Shown here: positions 25,710 to 40,143 of the stretch, piece by piece
Numbering within the stretch: the stretch's first letter is position 1
Layout: each line of letters begins with the position of its first letter
Source: Octopus vulgaris
Taxonomy: Eukaryota
Assembly: GCA_951406725.2 (NCBI GenBank)
Contig: OX597833.1
Location: 37,448,001-37,512,000, forward strand
Direction: 5' to 3'
DNA length: 64,000 nucleotides
Position numbers and translations under genes: made by a program
The notes under the pieces: model-generated
Told to the model about the DNA's origin: nothing
Databases searched by the model: none
Seen by the model: the letters and a program-made list of their open reading frames with translations, nothing else

Positions 25710-26152
25710 TATTCATCCGATGTATACAAGCTCAGAATGCCAGGAGAATCAGGTTGTGTTTCTAGGTTTCCACAATCTTGATTACTGAACAAAAATAACA
25801 ACATTTTTACCATTTCCAATTCAGAATTAAGTATATTGTCTAGAAATGACACATATGACTCAACAAAACAACAGAAGCACATGGACCTCATGACTGGATA
25901 AGTTGAGAAGAGTTCATTTTACCTCAATACAAATATGAATAAGATTGATCCACCCCCACCACAACTTCTTTTTCCTTTTCCTCAATAGAAATGAGGTGAA
26001 AAAGATAGCAGTATAACAATAGTAGTCATTCATAGATCCTCTTCAATCAAGAAGGGTCATATCCTAACACTTAGAGTTAGGAAGTTGAGTACAATACTAT
26101 AAGTATGTTTATTAATCCTATGAACTCTACATAACTTAATAACTGCACTTTT
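24802..26152 (+). repeat. ~200-bp direct repeat (24802-25001 and 25954-26152)
   Basis: CCCCACCACAACTTCTTTTTCC...AATAACTGCACTTTT occurs twice with few mismatches. Confidence 0.95.
25202..25610 (-). mobile_element. SINE-like family B with internal tandem units
   Basis: Reverse complement of the 232-702 family; (CAT)n at the left end. Confidence 0.85.
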
Positions 26153-26445
26153 CTCTTTCTCTCCCTCTCTCTCTCCATTTTCCTTTTTCTCCCCCCTCCT
26201 CTCTCTCCACACCACTTAGTAGCATATCTCTACTACTACAAATATATCACAATGATGAAAACAACCACCATCACCATATGCCCCTGCACTAACTTTTGCT
26301 GCTGAAAAGATGGTTTTCGTGGTGGTTGGGAAGAAATATAACATTGCCAACAACAATCAATTTTACTGTTGCCACAAACACTTCCTAGAACGCTCCTTCT
26401 ATAATATATTTGACATATATGTATATACATATACATATACACACA

Positions 26446-26489
<44 letters not shown>

Positions 26490-26549
26490 TATATATACAT
26501 ACATACATATATATATATACATACATACATACATACATACATACATACA

Positions 26550-26583
<34 letters not shown>

Positions 26584-26639
26584 CATACATACATACATAC
26601 ACACACACACAAACACACATATAAGCACATCCATATATA

Positions 26640-27520
26640 TAGGTTAAGTGGAAAGTAACTGGGCATTAGAAATTGCTTACAGAATTTTAAGTAACACTAA
26701 AGTCATGACAAAAACATTTTTTAAACAGACAACACTAATGAGGATTTTTTATTTTTTTATTGTCTTATTTCTTGTTTCTTATTTGCCAGATGTCTGGTCG
26801 GTTGCTCGACTGTTCAGGAGGGAGCTAAGATAACCGCATGTGAAATTCCATTGCTTTGGTTCAGAGATGTATGCTTGGAAAAGTAGGCATGCAACACTAC
26901 ATCTGGAGACAATAAAAAGTTGTCATGCAAAGCTGATGACCACAGGCTCTGTGAATGATGCAAGAAGTGGCTGTCCAACCACATTCCAATCAGCAGAGAA
27001 TGTGGCAACAGTGTAGGAAATGGTTAATCACAGCCTGCAAAAATCAACACATCAAGCAGCTTGTGAAGGTGGGCTAACAAGACACACTATACATACAGTG
27101 TTGCATAAGGAATTGTATTTTCATCCATGGAAACTCCATTACATGCAGGAGCTAAAATCTGAAGATTGTCTCTGCAGAAGTCCAGAAGTACAGAAGCCCA
27201 AGAAATCCAGATCTCACTCCATGTGATTTTTAACTGTGGGGTTACACAAAAGAAGTGTACAAGACAAAACCTCGCACACTAGAGGGCTTGGAGAATGGAT
27301 TCAAGAGGTTTTCAATGATATATGTCAGATGATGGCCTTCAGAAGGTTGTTCATTCCATCCCAGGCTATTTGAGGAAACTGTTTAACACCACCAGTGTTT
27401 ACATTGAAATATGAAGATTCACTTTCATTTTCCCATGTAATAAAGAACATATATAATTTGTTTCAATAAATTTGTATAAGAAATATGGATTTTATTACCA
27501 ATTTTTAATGCCTATTTACT
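26640..27520 (+). pseudogene. Internally deleted Tc1/mariner-superfamily (maT/rosa-like) transposon
   Basis: KLMTTGSVNDARSGCP; KSTHQAA...TIHTVLHKELYFHPWKLHYMQEL; PRNPDLTPCDF*LWGY..VYKTKPRTLEGL; partial TIR AAGTAACTGGGCATTAGAAATTG / CAATTTTTAATGCCTATTTACTT. Confidence 0.8.
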
Positions 27521-27524
27521 TAAA

Positions 27525-29180
27525 GATTAAGACAGGTGTATGAACAAGCAGGTGTATTAGACTGATGCTTGGGGAAGTGAGAAAGTCTTTTATGTTTTGA
27601 GCCTACACTCTTCAACAGAAAGGAATAAGAGAAAATAAACAGGAGAATTAAAAAAAAACTTGTGGATTTAGTGGTCAAGCATGTCGACTGGTTGGGGGAA
27701 AAAAGGTTTGAGAGGAGAGGTAGAAAGAAGGGAAGATAATAAAGTATTAATGATACCAAAACGAAGGTGTGCATGCATGTGTGTGTAAGTGAGAATGTGT
27801 GAGTGTGTATGTGTGAATAGGGGCTAGTGGGATGTGTGCATGTGTGTGTGTCTCTAATGTGTGAGTGCATGGATGATGGTGTGTGCATTTGTGGATGATG
27901 TTATGTGGTGTGGGTACTGGGAAGTGGTCAGTGCTAGTGAGTGTGGAGTGGTGTGGGGTAGTGTGATGTGGTGTGGGATGGAGGTGGGGTAGGGAGAGTG
28001 AGGTGTGGGTTGACAGGGGTATCATTGAAAAGAGAAGGTGCATGGAAGTGAAGAGAGAAATTAGGTGTCAGATGAAGACAGGAGAGGAGAAGAGTTGAGC
28101 CCATGTGGTGCAAAGGAGCGAAGACAGAAGTTTAATTTCTGTTCATGGCAAAGGCGGGAGTCCAGATGGCTCCTATGCAGAGACAATCCGAACACAGACA
28201 GTTGTTGTAGTGAATGACCAGTAGAGTGGAAATGGCATGAAACTGGGGTGTCATTGCTGAGTCCTGATGTCTCAGAGGTGCTCCATGAACTGGTCAGTCA
28301 AGCAGCATCCCATTTGACCAATGTACAGAGAAGGGCAGAAAGAACAGGAGATGCAGTAAATGACATTGCTAGAAGTGCAGGTAAAGGAGTTAGTGACATG
28401 ATAGGGATGATGATGGATGCCAGTAAGGATGGTGGTGTTGGAGAGGTAGGGGCAAGTGCGGCAGCGTGGGTGAGAGCAGGGGAATGAATCAGGTTGGGAG
28501 GTGGGGTTAGGGAAGAAACTGTGGACCAGGAGGTCATGCAGGTTGTGGGTTCATTGAAGGAGGAAAGGTGTAGGTTGGGGAAAATGCGTGAGGTAGGGGG
28601 TTTGGACTGGAGTCGCCAGAAGGCTTGGAGAATGATATATTGGAGGGGCAGGATGGAAGTGTGGTAGGTGAGGTGAAATGGGAGATGGGCAATGGTGGGG
28701 TGGGTGCATGGAGAGAGAGCAGAGACACAGTCCACAGAACATGCTTTGGCAAGGGCTGTGTGGATACTGGTGAGGGGATATCCATGAAGGATGAAGTGGT
28801 GAGCCATGAGTTGAGACTGAGTCTCAAAATCATGGTTTTGTTACTGCAGAGCCTGCGCAGATGGAGGAATTGGGAGTAGGGTATGGAGAGCTTGGTATGG
28901 GTAGGGTGGGAGGAGGAGAAGTTACAGTATGAGTGTGAGTCGGTGTGTTTGTAGTGGATGGAGGTAATGAGAGCGGAGTGGTGTATGTTGAGAAATAGTG
29001 CAGGTGAATTCAAGGGCAGGATGGAAGGATTGGACAAAAGAGAGGAAGGAGTCTAGTTGTTTGCAGGAGAGTGATGTTGCACTGATACAGTCATTAATGT
29101 AACAACTTTATAGTTCGGGAGTGAGACCGGTGAATCGTGAGAATATTTGGGCTTCAATGTAGCCAATAAACAGGTTCACA
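27525..29180 (-). pseudogene. Decayed, 5'-truncated relative of the intact PLE with a 3' pLTR HHR relic (27586-27622)
   Basis: TSIHYKHTDSHSYCNFSSSHPTHTKLSIPYSQFLHLRRLCS is nearly identical to the 44459 ORF; rc HHR CTTT-CTGTTGA-A-GAGTGTAGGCTC-AAAA-CAT-AAAAG. Confidence 0.93.
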
Positions 29181-29183
29181 TAG

Positions 29184-29970
29184 TTGAAGAAATGCCATGA
29201 GCAAACCCACTCCCTTTACATAACTTTTATAGACTTAACCAAAGCCTTCAATACCATTAGCTGTGATGTTTTGTGGGAAATCCTGACAAAATTTGGCTAC
29301 CCACCAAATTTTCTTGCCATTCTGAAGGACTTCCACAATAGAATGATCACCAAAGCCATCTATAATGGCGCCCAGTCTGACTTCTTCCCAGTTCAAGTCG
29401 GTGTCAAGCAAGGATGCATCTTCAACTTCTACATGGCAGCCATAGCCCGCCACACCAGGTATTCATTCAAGCTAAAAGATGCAATAACTGCCAGATGGCA
29501 GTATTTTCAATCTGAGGTCCCTGAAATCAGTAACAAAGATGTCACCTCAATACATCTTTGAGTTGCAATATGCAGATGATATGGCACTTGTCAGCCATAG
29601 CTCTGCTAGCCTTCAAAGGTTCTTGGACCACATGTCAGATGCATACAGCCATGCTGGCCTAGTCCATCAATACCAAGAAGACGGAAATTCCCCGACAGCC
29701 TTGTGCTCCTGATACCAATCTATGCTCTTTCCATGTTGAAGATGCGACAGTTGCTAATGTTAACAAATTCACGTACCTTGACACAGTCCTCAATAACACC
29801 CTCAATCTGACAGACGATATTCAGCGCCGTATTCGTCTTGCCTCTGCCACATTTGGTCAGATAAGTACTTGTGTCCTTCTCAACAAAAACATCAATATCA
29901 GAACAAGAGTGGCTGTCTACAATGCTGTTTGTGTCACAATCCTGTTATATGGTTGTGAGTTTTGGGTACT
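29184..29970 (+). pseudogene. RTE (BovB-like) LINE reverse-transcriptase fragment
   Basis: KCHEQTHSLYITFIDLTKAFNTI...VQVGVKQGC..FNFY; ELQYADD at ~29560-29580; FTYL; LLYGCEFW. Confidence 0.9.
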
Positions 29971-30403
29971 AGATTATCCAATTCTGGATTGTCCATTTAT
30001 CTAATGTTCTTTGTAGAGGTAAGACGAAATTTTAATGTTTGCTGCACACACACATCTTTGCCAATATATAAACAGTGAAGCTTAACTATAACATCATAAG
30101 TTTATTGACTGCTATTTCCAGTAAACAAATGAGTTCCATATGCAAACAATGAGAGAAACAAATGGAAAACAGGACAAGTATGTATATATGCATATATGTG
30201 TGTATGTATGTATGTATGTTTGCGTGTATGTATACATGTATGTATGTTTGCATGTATGTATGTATGTATGTATGTGTGTGTGTGTGTATGCATGTAGATA
30301 GATAAATAGATACAGATATGAATATCCATACATACATACATACATACTTACATACATACATATGGAACAATCCATCAAGAGACTCCTTTCCTCTTTTTTT
30401 CCT

Positions 30404-30727
30404 TGGCACCTGTGTCGGTGGCACATAAAAACACCATCCGAGTGTGGCCGTCTGCCAGCCTCGTCTGGCACCTGTGTCGGTGGCACATAAAAAACACCAT
30501 CCGAGCGTGGCCGTTTGCCAGCCTCATCTGGCACCTGTGTCGGTGGCACATAAAATCACCCACTACACTCTCGGAGTGGTTGGCGTTAGGAAGGGCATCC
30601 AGCTGTAGAAACACTGCCAGATCTGACTGGACTGGTGCAGCTTTCGGGCTCCCCAGACCCCAGTTGAACCGTCCAACCCATGCTAGCATGGAAAGCGGAC
30701 GTTAAATGATGATGATGATGATGATGA
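30404..30727 (+). mobile_element. SINE-like family B with three ~62-bp tandem units
   Basis: TGGCACCTGTGTCGGTGGCACATAAAA x3, then the family 3' block and (ATG)n. Confidence 0.85.
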
Positions 30728-31710
30728 CATCAATATATGAGAAAGAATGTGTTGTGCATGATACATACACATGCACACATACACATACAGACATGTGTAC
30801 ATGCATACATACATAGAGAAAGAAAGAGAGTGCGAGAAAGAAAGAAAAAGAGGGGGATACAGGTGAAGTTGCTAAATGGATAGAGTATTGTTCTTCTAAC
30901 ACTTTGATTGTATGTTCATGTCTGGTGTTAATATTGTGGGAGGACTCTGGATAAAACACTTTTGTTTGTGACTGCCCCAGTTCACTGAGATTCAGGTAAT
31001 CTAGTCTAGATTGCCTGGGATTGTTAATGAAGTAAAACTGTTAGCTTTCATTCTCTTCATGTCATATAGTGATCTCTGCCAAGAAGGAGAAGCTTTGATG
31101 TGTGTGTGTGTTTGTATAACTATGAATAATATTGTGTGTGTCCGTGCACGCACATAAACATGTTTGTGTGAGTATGTAGAAATGATCATGTGTGTGTGTG
31201 TATTTATGCTGGGTTGAAGGTGGTGGTGATTGTGGGAAGAAGCCATGAGTCAAATATATATGTGCATGAGTATGTGAAAGAGAAGGAGTGAGTGAAGACA
31301 AAGAAGATAAGGAAGTCATGTGACTGTTTATACAAGAGAGTGAGAGTTAAAGAGAGGGCGAGACAGAGAGAAAGCTGGTGAGAGATTTATGAGTAGATGA
31401 GGGAAGTGGAATTAAAGAGGTTAAATAAAAGAGTATAAAAAGAGTGAGAGTGAGATTGAATCAAAATTTCTTTTCCAGAGCTTAGAGGAAAAGCTACCAT
31501 AACCATTTTCAGATCCTCTCAGATTGACAGATAAATGTGAGGAAGTTATCTTCAGACAAGTAACTTTGCCCCCAATCAAATATTTGTTACAGACTGGATT
31601 CTGCTTAGGGCATACACTAGGGCCAGACTGAGGTGTTAAACTGAGTAACAGATTAAGTGGTGCCACTTTAGCATACAGTCTACCTGACCATTTACAATTT
31701 AGCATGCAGT

Positions 31711-31788
31711 CTAACCCTAATTCTAAGTCTAACCCTAAACCCTAATCCTAAACCCACTACCCTAAACCCACTACTCTAATCCTAACCC
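31711..31788 (+). repeat. Degenerate interstitial telomere-like (CCCTAA)n tract
   Basis: CTAACCCTAA..CTAACCCTAAACCCTAATCCTAAACCC...CCTAACCC. Confidence 0.6.
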
Positions 31789-32440
31789 AGGTCAGGTTAC
31801 TTCACAGATACTGCTGCAAACCACGCTTTAAAACAGCACTAGTTAAGCTACCACCAAAAAACAGGAATGATCTCTTTGATGCAGTTCCTGTTTACTCTGA
31901 AATAAGACACTGGCTCAAAAAGTTTTACACAATGTGATCAAACCTTAAACTACATAGTTATTTCTGTGTCCACTTTGTAAATATTTTCAGTAGCTTCATC
32001 AGGGACTCTGAAATTTTAATAGACTTTTATATACTTTTATTGTTCCTTATCCATCCAAATCAGGCAACTAACCTGGACCAGTAGATCATACTAGTCTTTC
32101 GCAAGCTGAAATATCTCATCTTTGCATGTCACAGCTACAGATGGTAGTGGTAGTTTGTTAACTGAACTGGTTGATCCTAACCATTGACAGTTTGTTGTCT
32201 GTTCATCTGCACAGCATCTAGTGATACTTACCATTAATTTAATTAGTTCATCTGCCAAAATAATTTACAATCACCATGCAGCATCCCATGATTTCAATGT
32301 ACCTCAGGTGGAACCTTGATAGGTGCTACTTCTCTGGGTCAGAGTAGACCTGGGAACAACAGAGGCTAAGAGGTGCTTCCACATTCCTCAAAACCCAGGA
32401 ACTCTCAAACAAGGGCCTCTCTACTGGATGCAGTTTAAAG

Positions 32441-32659
32441 CAGTGCTTTTCAAACTTTTTGCTGGAGCGGAACCCCAAGGAAACATTTCACTGGCTCGAG
32501 GAACCCCTGAGCAATAATTTAATAGTCTTATGAACACATATCTGCACAGGAGAATTAGAAATTACTGCTGATTTTAGCAGTTTTGTAACTTCTTGCGGAA
32601 CCCCTGGACTGTACTGGCGGAACCTTAAGGTTCCTCGGAACCCTGGTTGAAAACCACTG
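32441..32659. mobile_element. hAT (Charlie-like) MITE
   Basis: TIR CAGTGCTTTTCAA / TTGAAAACCACTG; perfect 8-bp TSD GTTTAAAG; internal GGAACCC repeats. Confidence 0.93.
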
Positions 32660-33134
32660 GTTTAAAGTCACACTGGTTTCAATGATTGGGTTATCTCCAT
32701 CCTGAAGCACTGCCTTCAAGGGTTTTTAATGGATCTTATTAACATCAGTACTTATTTCAAACTGTTACTTTTTTTCATTGAACTCTATTTATTGAAGTAC
32801 CAAGTCAAATATATGATATAAAGAGAAGCAATGCTGGTTTGCACTAGTAAACAGAAACACAGACAAGGATATAAACATATACATGCATACACACATATGT
32901 ATATATATATATACACACATAGATATATGTATCATCATTATCATCTACAATTCCATGCTTGTGTGGGTTGGGCAAATTTGTGGAAGCAGCTTTTTACCGA
33001 CCGTCACCTATTTCTAAGCATAGTAATATTTCTCCAAAGCCAGACATGTTTTTCACAGACAGAAGACTTGTATGACAGGGACGCTTATTTGTAAAAAACA
33101 TGTGATGTCTAGATAGGGATATACACAAACATAT

Positions 33135-33437
33135 AAAGGGTAAAGACCCCCTTCAGTCATGAATGAAGCATGGTATTGCAACTCCGAGGTACAAGTCAGG
33201 GCAATGTTGTTTATGGAAGACCAGCAGTCGCCCATGCATACCAGCCTCCCTTCTCCACACTACCAATGTTATCCAAGGGAAAGGCAAAGGCTGATACAGC
33301 TTGGCACCAGTGATGTTGCAACTCATTTCTACAGCTGAGTGAATTGGAGCAATGTGAAATAAAGTTTCTTCCTCAAGAATGCAACAAGCAACCCAGTCCA
33401 GGAATCAAACTCACTACATCCTGATTGTGAGCCCAAC
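33135..33437 (-). mobile_element. Probable diverged tRNA-derived SINE (related segment at ~17745-17870)
   Basis: rc contains B-box-like GAGTTTGATTCC and a CTTGAGGAAGAAACTTTATTTCACATTGCTC core shared with 17755-17785. Confidence 0.5.
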
Positions 33438-33479
33438 ATAAACACATATACACATATACACACATGCATTCATATATAT

Positions 33480-33609
33480 CTCCATTTTCTTTCCTCTTAC
33501 CCTTTCTGTCAAAGAGCATTGGCTCAAAACGGACGTCGAAGACTTTTCCATTCTTCCTGAGCATCAAACTAATACACCCGCTTTGTCTTTTGTTTTTAGT
33601 ACATTTGAA

Positions 33610-33610
<1 letters not shown>
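33480..33610 (+). repeat. Solo pLTR relic of the intact-PLE family with degenerate HHR
   Basis: CTTT-CTGTCAA-A-GAGCATTGGCTC-AAAA-CG...GACTT..TTCCTGAGC..ACTAATACA aligns to 43711-43790. Confidence 0.7.
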
Positions 33611-33682
<72 letters not shown>

Positions 33683-33754
33683 CATATATATATATGTGTG
33701 TGTGTGTATATATATATTATAAAATTCTTATAATTATGAGTATAATTATAATTA

Positions 33755-33852
33755 GGGTTCAGCAAAGAAATTTGCTTCACCACATTATAGCATCGGGCTG
33801 ACAAAAGCCTTGTGAGTGGATTTGGTTAGCAGAAACTGAAAAGAAGCCTGTC

Positions 33853-33924
<72 letters not shown>

Positions 33925-34585
33925 ATGTCTTTGTGCCTGTGTTTGTCCCCCCCTCCCCATTGCCGCTTGACAACCAGTGTCGGTGTATTTAAGTGCTTGT
34001 AACTTAGCAGTTCAGCAAAAGAGACCATTAGGATAAGTATTAGACTTCAAAAAAAAGTCATGTGGCCAATTTGTTTGACTAAAACCCTTTAAGGTCGTGC
34101 TCCAGCATGGCTGAAACAAATAAAAGGATAAAAGAATACACTCACACACACACATTCGCACACAATATATATATATACACTTTTCTCTTTTACTTGTTTC
34201 AGTCATTTGACTGTGGCCATGCTGGAGCACCACCTTTCAGACGAGCAAATCAACCCCAAGACTTATTCTTTGTAAGCCTAGTACTTATTCTATCGGTCTC
34301 TTTCGCTGAACCGCTAAGTTACAGGGACATAAACACACCAGCATCGGTTGTCAGGCGATGTTAGGGTGACAAGCACATACACACATACATATACACACAC
34401 ATATATACATATACAAATATATGACAGGCTTCTTTCAGTTTCCATCTGCCAAATCCACTCACAAGGCTTTCGTTAGCCTGAAGCTATAGTAAAGGACACT
34501 TTCCCAAGGTGCCATGCAGTGGGACTGAACCCGGAACCATGTGGTTGGTAAGCAAGCTACTTACTACACAGCCACTCCTACGCCT
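33755..34585. mobile_element. Tail-to-tail inverted pair of SINE family A (~33755-34138 +, ~34181-34585 -)
   Basis: Two oppositely oriented copies about 45 bp apart. Confidence 0.85.
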
Positions 34586-35561
34586 ACATATATATATAGT
34601 AATAAGAATAAAATGAATGGGTATTTTTGGGTATTACTACATTTGTTTCTGTTGTGATTTTATTCAGAACATGGGTTCATTATACAGCTTGACATGTAAT
34701 ATTATATAACATCACGATGTGACGTTTGCAAGTTCACATTTTCATAAAGTGCCACTTCTTTAGGCAAAACACTTTAGAATATTTTCTAAGCGATATGCTA
34801 CCAAATATCTAGTGACATATGACAATTGAATGAAAGGATTAGATATATACAAAATAGTGAACTGCAGGAACTTAAGAACAGTGGCAGTTTATATTTAAAT
34901 GAGCAAATTGTTATGTATGCTTAATATCCAACAGATATAAGAGACAGTAAGTGATGAGTGCTGTGGTGTGGTAAGTTGTTGGATAGGGATCAAATTATTA
35001 TGTAAATATAGACTGCAGAAGGATGGGTTCCCCCGCAGATTAAATTGATGTTGATGATACAATAGGATGATAAAATGCTCCATGATCTCAAGGGTTACAG
35101 AACATCCATTCCATTTTGATAAACTTTGACAATGAAATCGTGAAAGGGAAAGAGATAGATAGATAGAGAGAGAGAGAGGGGGGAGTGAAATGACAAACAG
35201 AGTTTGAGTAAAAATCTAAAAACACAGAAACTTGAGTGAGGCTGGTGACAAAGTAAGAGCTTGAGTGAAGTTGTGACAAAAATAAGAGAGCTTGAGTGAG
35301 GTTGAGAGAGTAAATGAGGACAGAAAAAAGTTTGGAAAGTTAAAATGAGAAAGAAGGAAAGAGAGGGAAAGGAAATAGATGGAGAGAGAGAAAGAGAGAG
35401 GAAGTGGGAGAAGATGTGATTGAAGTGGAAGGAGAGAAAAGTATTTTTAGATTAAACAATGGTTTGTTATTGTTGTCACTGTAATTGCTACTGTTGTTGT
35501 TTTGGTTGTCGCTTGTTATCATGTAATAATAGCAGTTGTTATAGTAGTAGTAGTAGTAGTA

Positions 35562-35607
<46 letters not shown>

Positions 35608-37294
35608 TAACAGCAACAGCAACAACTATTATAAAAGTCTCTAAAATGATTTTAAAATGTAGGTACTTGACCTCATGTCACAAGTCTCAGGTCATTGACT
35701 CAGGAATTTGTCTTAATCACATTTGAGTGACAAACAGACAGACAAGACCATACAGATAAATTAAGAGAAATGTTTGCTCCCTTTCAGGATCAATTTTATG
35801 CTCTTTCTGTCATATGAATTCTCTATTTCTTCATCATTGGCTTCTCTCTCTCTTTCTCTCTCTCTCTACCCATCTCCTTTCTCTTTCCCCATCCCCATCT
35901 CGCCCCACCCCTCCATATCTCTCTCTTATTTATTTTTCTTTCTATATCTCTTACTTCACCTACCATTTTCCTGTCTCTCTTTTTCTCTCCTTGTCTTTTC
36001 ATGTGACTTCTATGACTATACCTTATTTCCACCCCCACCCAACCCTAATGCACACATTTCCAACAGCTAAACCTTACTTAGTCACCAACCAGACAGGTAA
36101 GTAAAGTGAAATTACAGCTGCCAGTTAGAACTGAAACTGTGATTGCTACTCCATCTCAAACAAACAAGGTGAAGAATAGAAGTGATCCATAGACTGTAGT
36201 AACAGACTACTAGATGTAATAACTGCAACATTGGTAGTTCATATCTTGTTATAGACACAACACTGTCTATGATTAACACACACTTGGCCAGGTTCACCTA
36301 GATCTAAGTTATTGTCCTGTAGAATATGGTCATCCTTGATCAAACAGGCATATAATCCTAAGTGTTTTATCAATCGAGAATCATGAAATCTCCTTTTTGT
36401 TCAGGCATAGTGTATCTAAGACTAAATAAAATTCAATGTGTTCTTCCTTTGTAAGTAGATAGAATGGTATTAAGAAGGGCATCCAGCCATAGAAACCATG
36501 CCAAATCAGACTGGGACCTGGTGCAGCCTTCTGGCTTACCAGTTCCAGTCAAACTGTCTAACCCATGCTAGCTTGGAAAGGGGATGTTAAATAATGATGA
36601 TGATGATGTTTGAATGGAATTTGAGGGAAATTTGGCTGCTATTTTGGCAGAAAGAGTTGCCATTTAGAGTATCCATGCAACAGTAATATGTCTGCTTTTA
36701 GATAGTTGCTTGTTGCATTGACCTAAGTCAGCTATGGTCAAGCTGACCGATGATAAGCAGTAGTCGACCATTCAGCTGGGTTCTAGGGAGATGGTTCGAA
36801 AGACAGAGTATTTATATTCCGTCAAACATCCAGCAGACCAGACAGCTAACACAGGAGAACAATTTTGAACATAATTTCTGTTGAGTTTGTTTTTTCCCTT
36901 GGTTTAGACTAAAATTAACATGCTGGTTTCAAAACTACTGTCAGTTTTCTTCAATCATTTCAAGTTTTTTTTTTCTTCAGTTTACTCTCAGAATAAGCAC
37001 AGTTGTATTGTCTGTTGTATTGTCTGTCTGTAAGTAATAGGACTGGTCAGCTGTTTTTATCATTTCATTGATAATACTGGGGAACATTTCTGAAGAAATT
37101 TTTATTTGTCTTGCTTTTTACAATTAGTCCTACCTAATTTGATAGTGCTGGGTTCAGAAATGCCCTAAGAAATTTTCTATCGCATCAAGTTTTTTGATAA
37201 ACAGGAATTCCTTTTTTACCTCCCACCCCCACCCCCAAATGTCAATTTTGTCATTAAATACAATACTGAAATAAGAAACTAACACAAACCACAT

Positions 37295-37650
37295 AGGAGT
37301 GGCTGTGTGGTAAGTAGCTTGCTTACCAACCACATGATTCCGGGTTCAGTCCCACTGCATGGCACTTTGGGCAAGTTTCTTCTACTATAGCCTTGGGCCG
37401 ACCAAAGCCCGTCGTATATATATGTATATATATATGTGTGTGTGTGTTTGTGTGTCTGTGTTTGTCCTCCTAGCATTGCTTGACAACTGATGCTGGTGTG
37501 TTTATGTCCCCGTCACTTAGCGGTTCGGCAAAAGAGATTGATAGAATAAGTACTGGGCTTACAAAGAATAAGTCCTGGGGTCGAGTTGCTCGACTAAAGG
37601 CGGTGCTCCAGCATGGTCGCAGTCAACTGACTGAAACAAGTAAAAAAAAA
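37295..37650 (+). mobile_element. SINE family A (small internal deletion)
   Basis: A/B-box head, family body. Confidence 0.9.
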
Positions 37651-38388
37651 TTTTTTTTTAAAAAGTACTTTTTATTGTTTAACACAAAATGTTAAATAGG
37701 ATATCATAGGAGTTCATTTTGCTACCTACATAAAGTGTAACATCAGCAAATATAGTATAAGACATCAGGGCTGTTTTTGCATTTTCTTCTCTCACAAATA
37801 TAAAGCATTTATTCAAGCCAGTCATAAAGTAAGCAAATACAAAGTTCCATAAAGATTATACATACCTCAGCGGTGGTGCCCCAGCATGGCCGCGGCCTTC
37901 GGGCTAAAACATTTTAAAGGATTTTAAGGATTTATACCATCAGGGCCAGCCTTAAGCCGAATGGACCAATTGCTCCCAATCGGGCCCCACGCTGAAGGGG
38001 CTCCGCGCTCAAGAAGGCCACATTCTATACACCGACATTTCATAAAGGTGGTCTCCCTGGAGTCTTTTACAAAAATCTATATGGTCTTTCAAAAAAAAAA
38101 AAAATGGAAAAAGAAAAAGAACCATACTTTCTACACTTTAGCGACACAAGATACCCAAAATTGTTTGGGTCAGCCACCGAATTTGAAGAAATTTATTGTG
38201 CTTTCAAGGGTTATGTAACATATTTTTACTGTAAGGGTTTGGGGATGTTTGGGTAAAATATTTGTGTGCCTATGAGAGTATGTGAGTGAATTATATGTAT
38301 ATATGTGTGCGTATGTTTGTGTGTGTCAGTTTCTATAAATATGTTTAATTTTGGGGAAACTTATTTACTTATTTATTTCAATAAAGTG

Positions 38389-38433
<45 letters not shown>

Positions 38434-38800
38434 CATGTATGTAGTATGTATGTATGTAAATATGTATGTATGTATGTATATATGTATGAATGTATGTATG
38501 TATGTATGTATGTATGTATGTATGTATGTATGTATGTATGTATGTATGTATGTACGTATTTATGTATGTATGTAGGTATATATATATGTATGTATTATTA
38601 AAGAAAGCAAAAAATTTATAAAATGATAAAAGGAAAAGGCTAAATGGATGTGTATGTGTAAAAAATTTCGGTACTCAGTATTTTGGCTACAATGATTAAA
38701 GGTTAAAAGTTCAGTTATTTTTGATACTGGTTTGGTCGAGGTTTTTGTATTTATGTGTATTATTGTATGTATTATGTATTTTTATTTTGTGGGGAATTAG

Positions 38801-39199
38801 TCTTTTACTCTTTTACTTGTTTCAGTCATTTGACTGCAGCCATGCTGGAGCACCACCTTTATTAGAGCAAATCAACCCCAGGGCTTATTCTGTGTAAGCC
38901 TAGTACTTATTCTATCGGTCTCTTTTGCCGAACTGCTAAATTACGGGGACCAGAATTGGTTGTCAAGCAATGTTTGGGGGACAAACACAGACACAAAAAC
39001 ATACACATATACATATATATACATATGCATATACACAATGGGCTTCTTTCAGTTTCCATCTACCGAATTCACTCACAAGGCTTTGGTTGGCCCGAGGCTA
39101 TAGTAGAAGGCACTTGCCCAAGGTGCTACACAGTGGAACTGAACCCGGAACCATGTGGTTGGTAAGCAAGCTACTTACCACACAGCCACTCCTGCACCT
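38801..39199 (-). mobile_element. SINE family A
   Basis: Full copy. Confidence 0.9.
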
Positions 39200-39558
39200 A
39201 TTGTATACATACGCACAAGCATGCACATATGTGTTTGTGTGTATAGTGAGAGAAAGAAAGATGAGGATGATGCGATAAAATTTCTTTTCTCTTTGCGGCA
39301 TTTAAGGAGATCAGAATAGTGGCTGTTTCTTATGTCTAATAACTGGTATTTCTAATATACTAAACAACCATATTGAGAACCAGCTACCTTTGAGTTTATT
39401 TAGAAGAGAGAGAAAATGCTTTACACCACAAATTCTGATGTAATCGTAATTGACACCATCTGAGACATGGATGTAGAAACTTTTAATTAACAAATTACCA
39501 ATGTTTCAGAAAGTTACCACACACACACACACACATACATACACACACACAGATATAC

Positions 39559-39615
<57 letters not shown>

Positions 39616-39685
39616 AGGACTAAAGCCATCTGAATATGGCTAGGTTTAGTCCTTATGTTATCGACAGTTACTATATCCCTTTTAG

Positions 39686-40143
<458 letters not shown>

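Noticed and set aside
30404-30560. Regularly spaced ~27-bp repeats resembling a CRISPR array
   Set aside because: The 'spacers' are near-identical, so this is a tandem unit inside a SINE-like repeat; eukaryotic context, no cas genes.
31711-31788. True telomere or telomeric Athena-type PLE junction
   Set aside because: Short, degenerate, internal and not adjacent to any PLE sequence.
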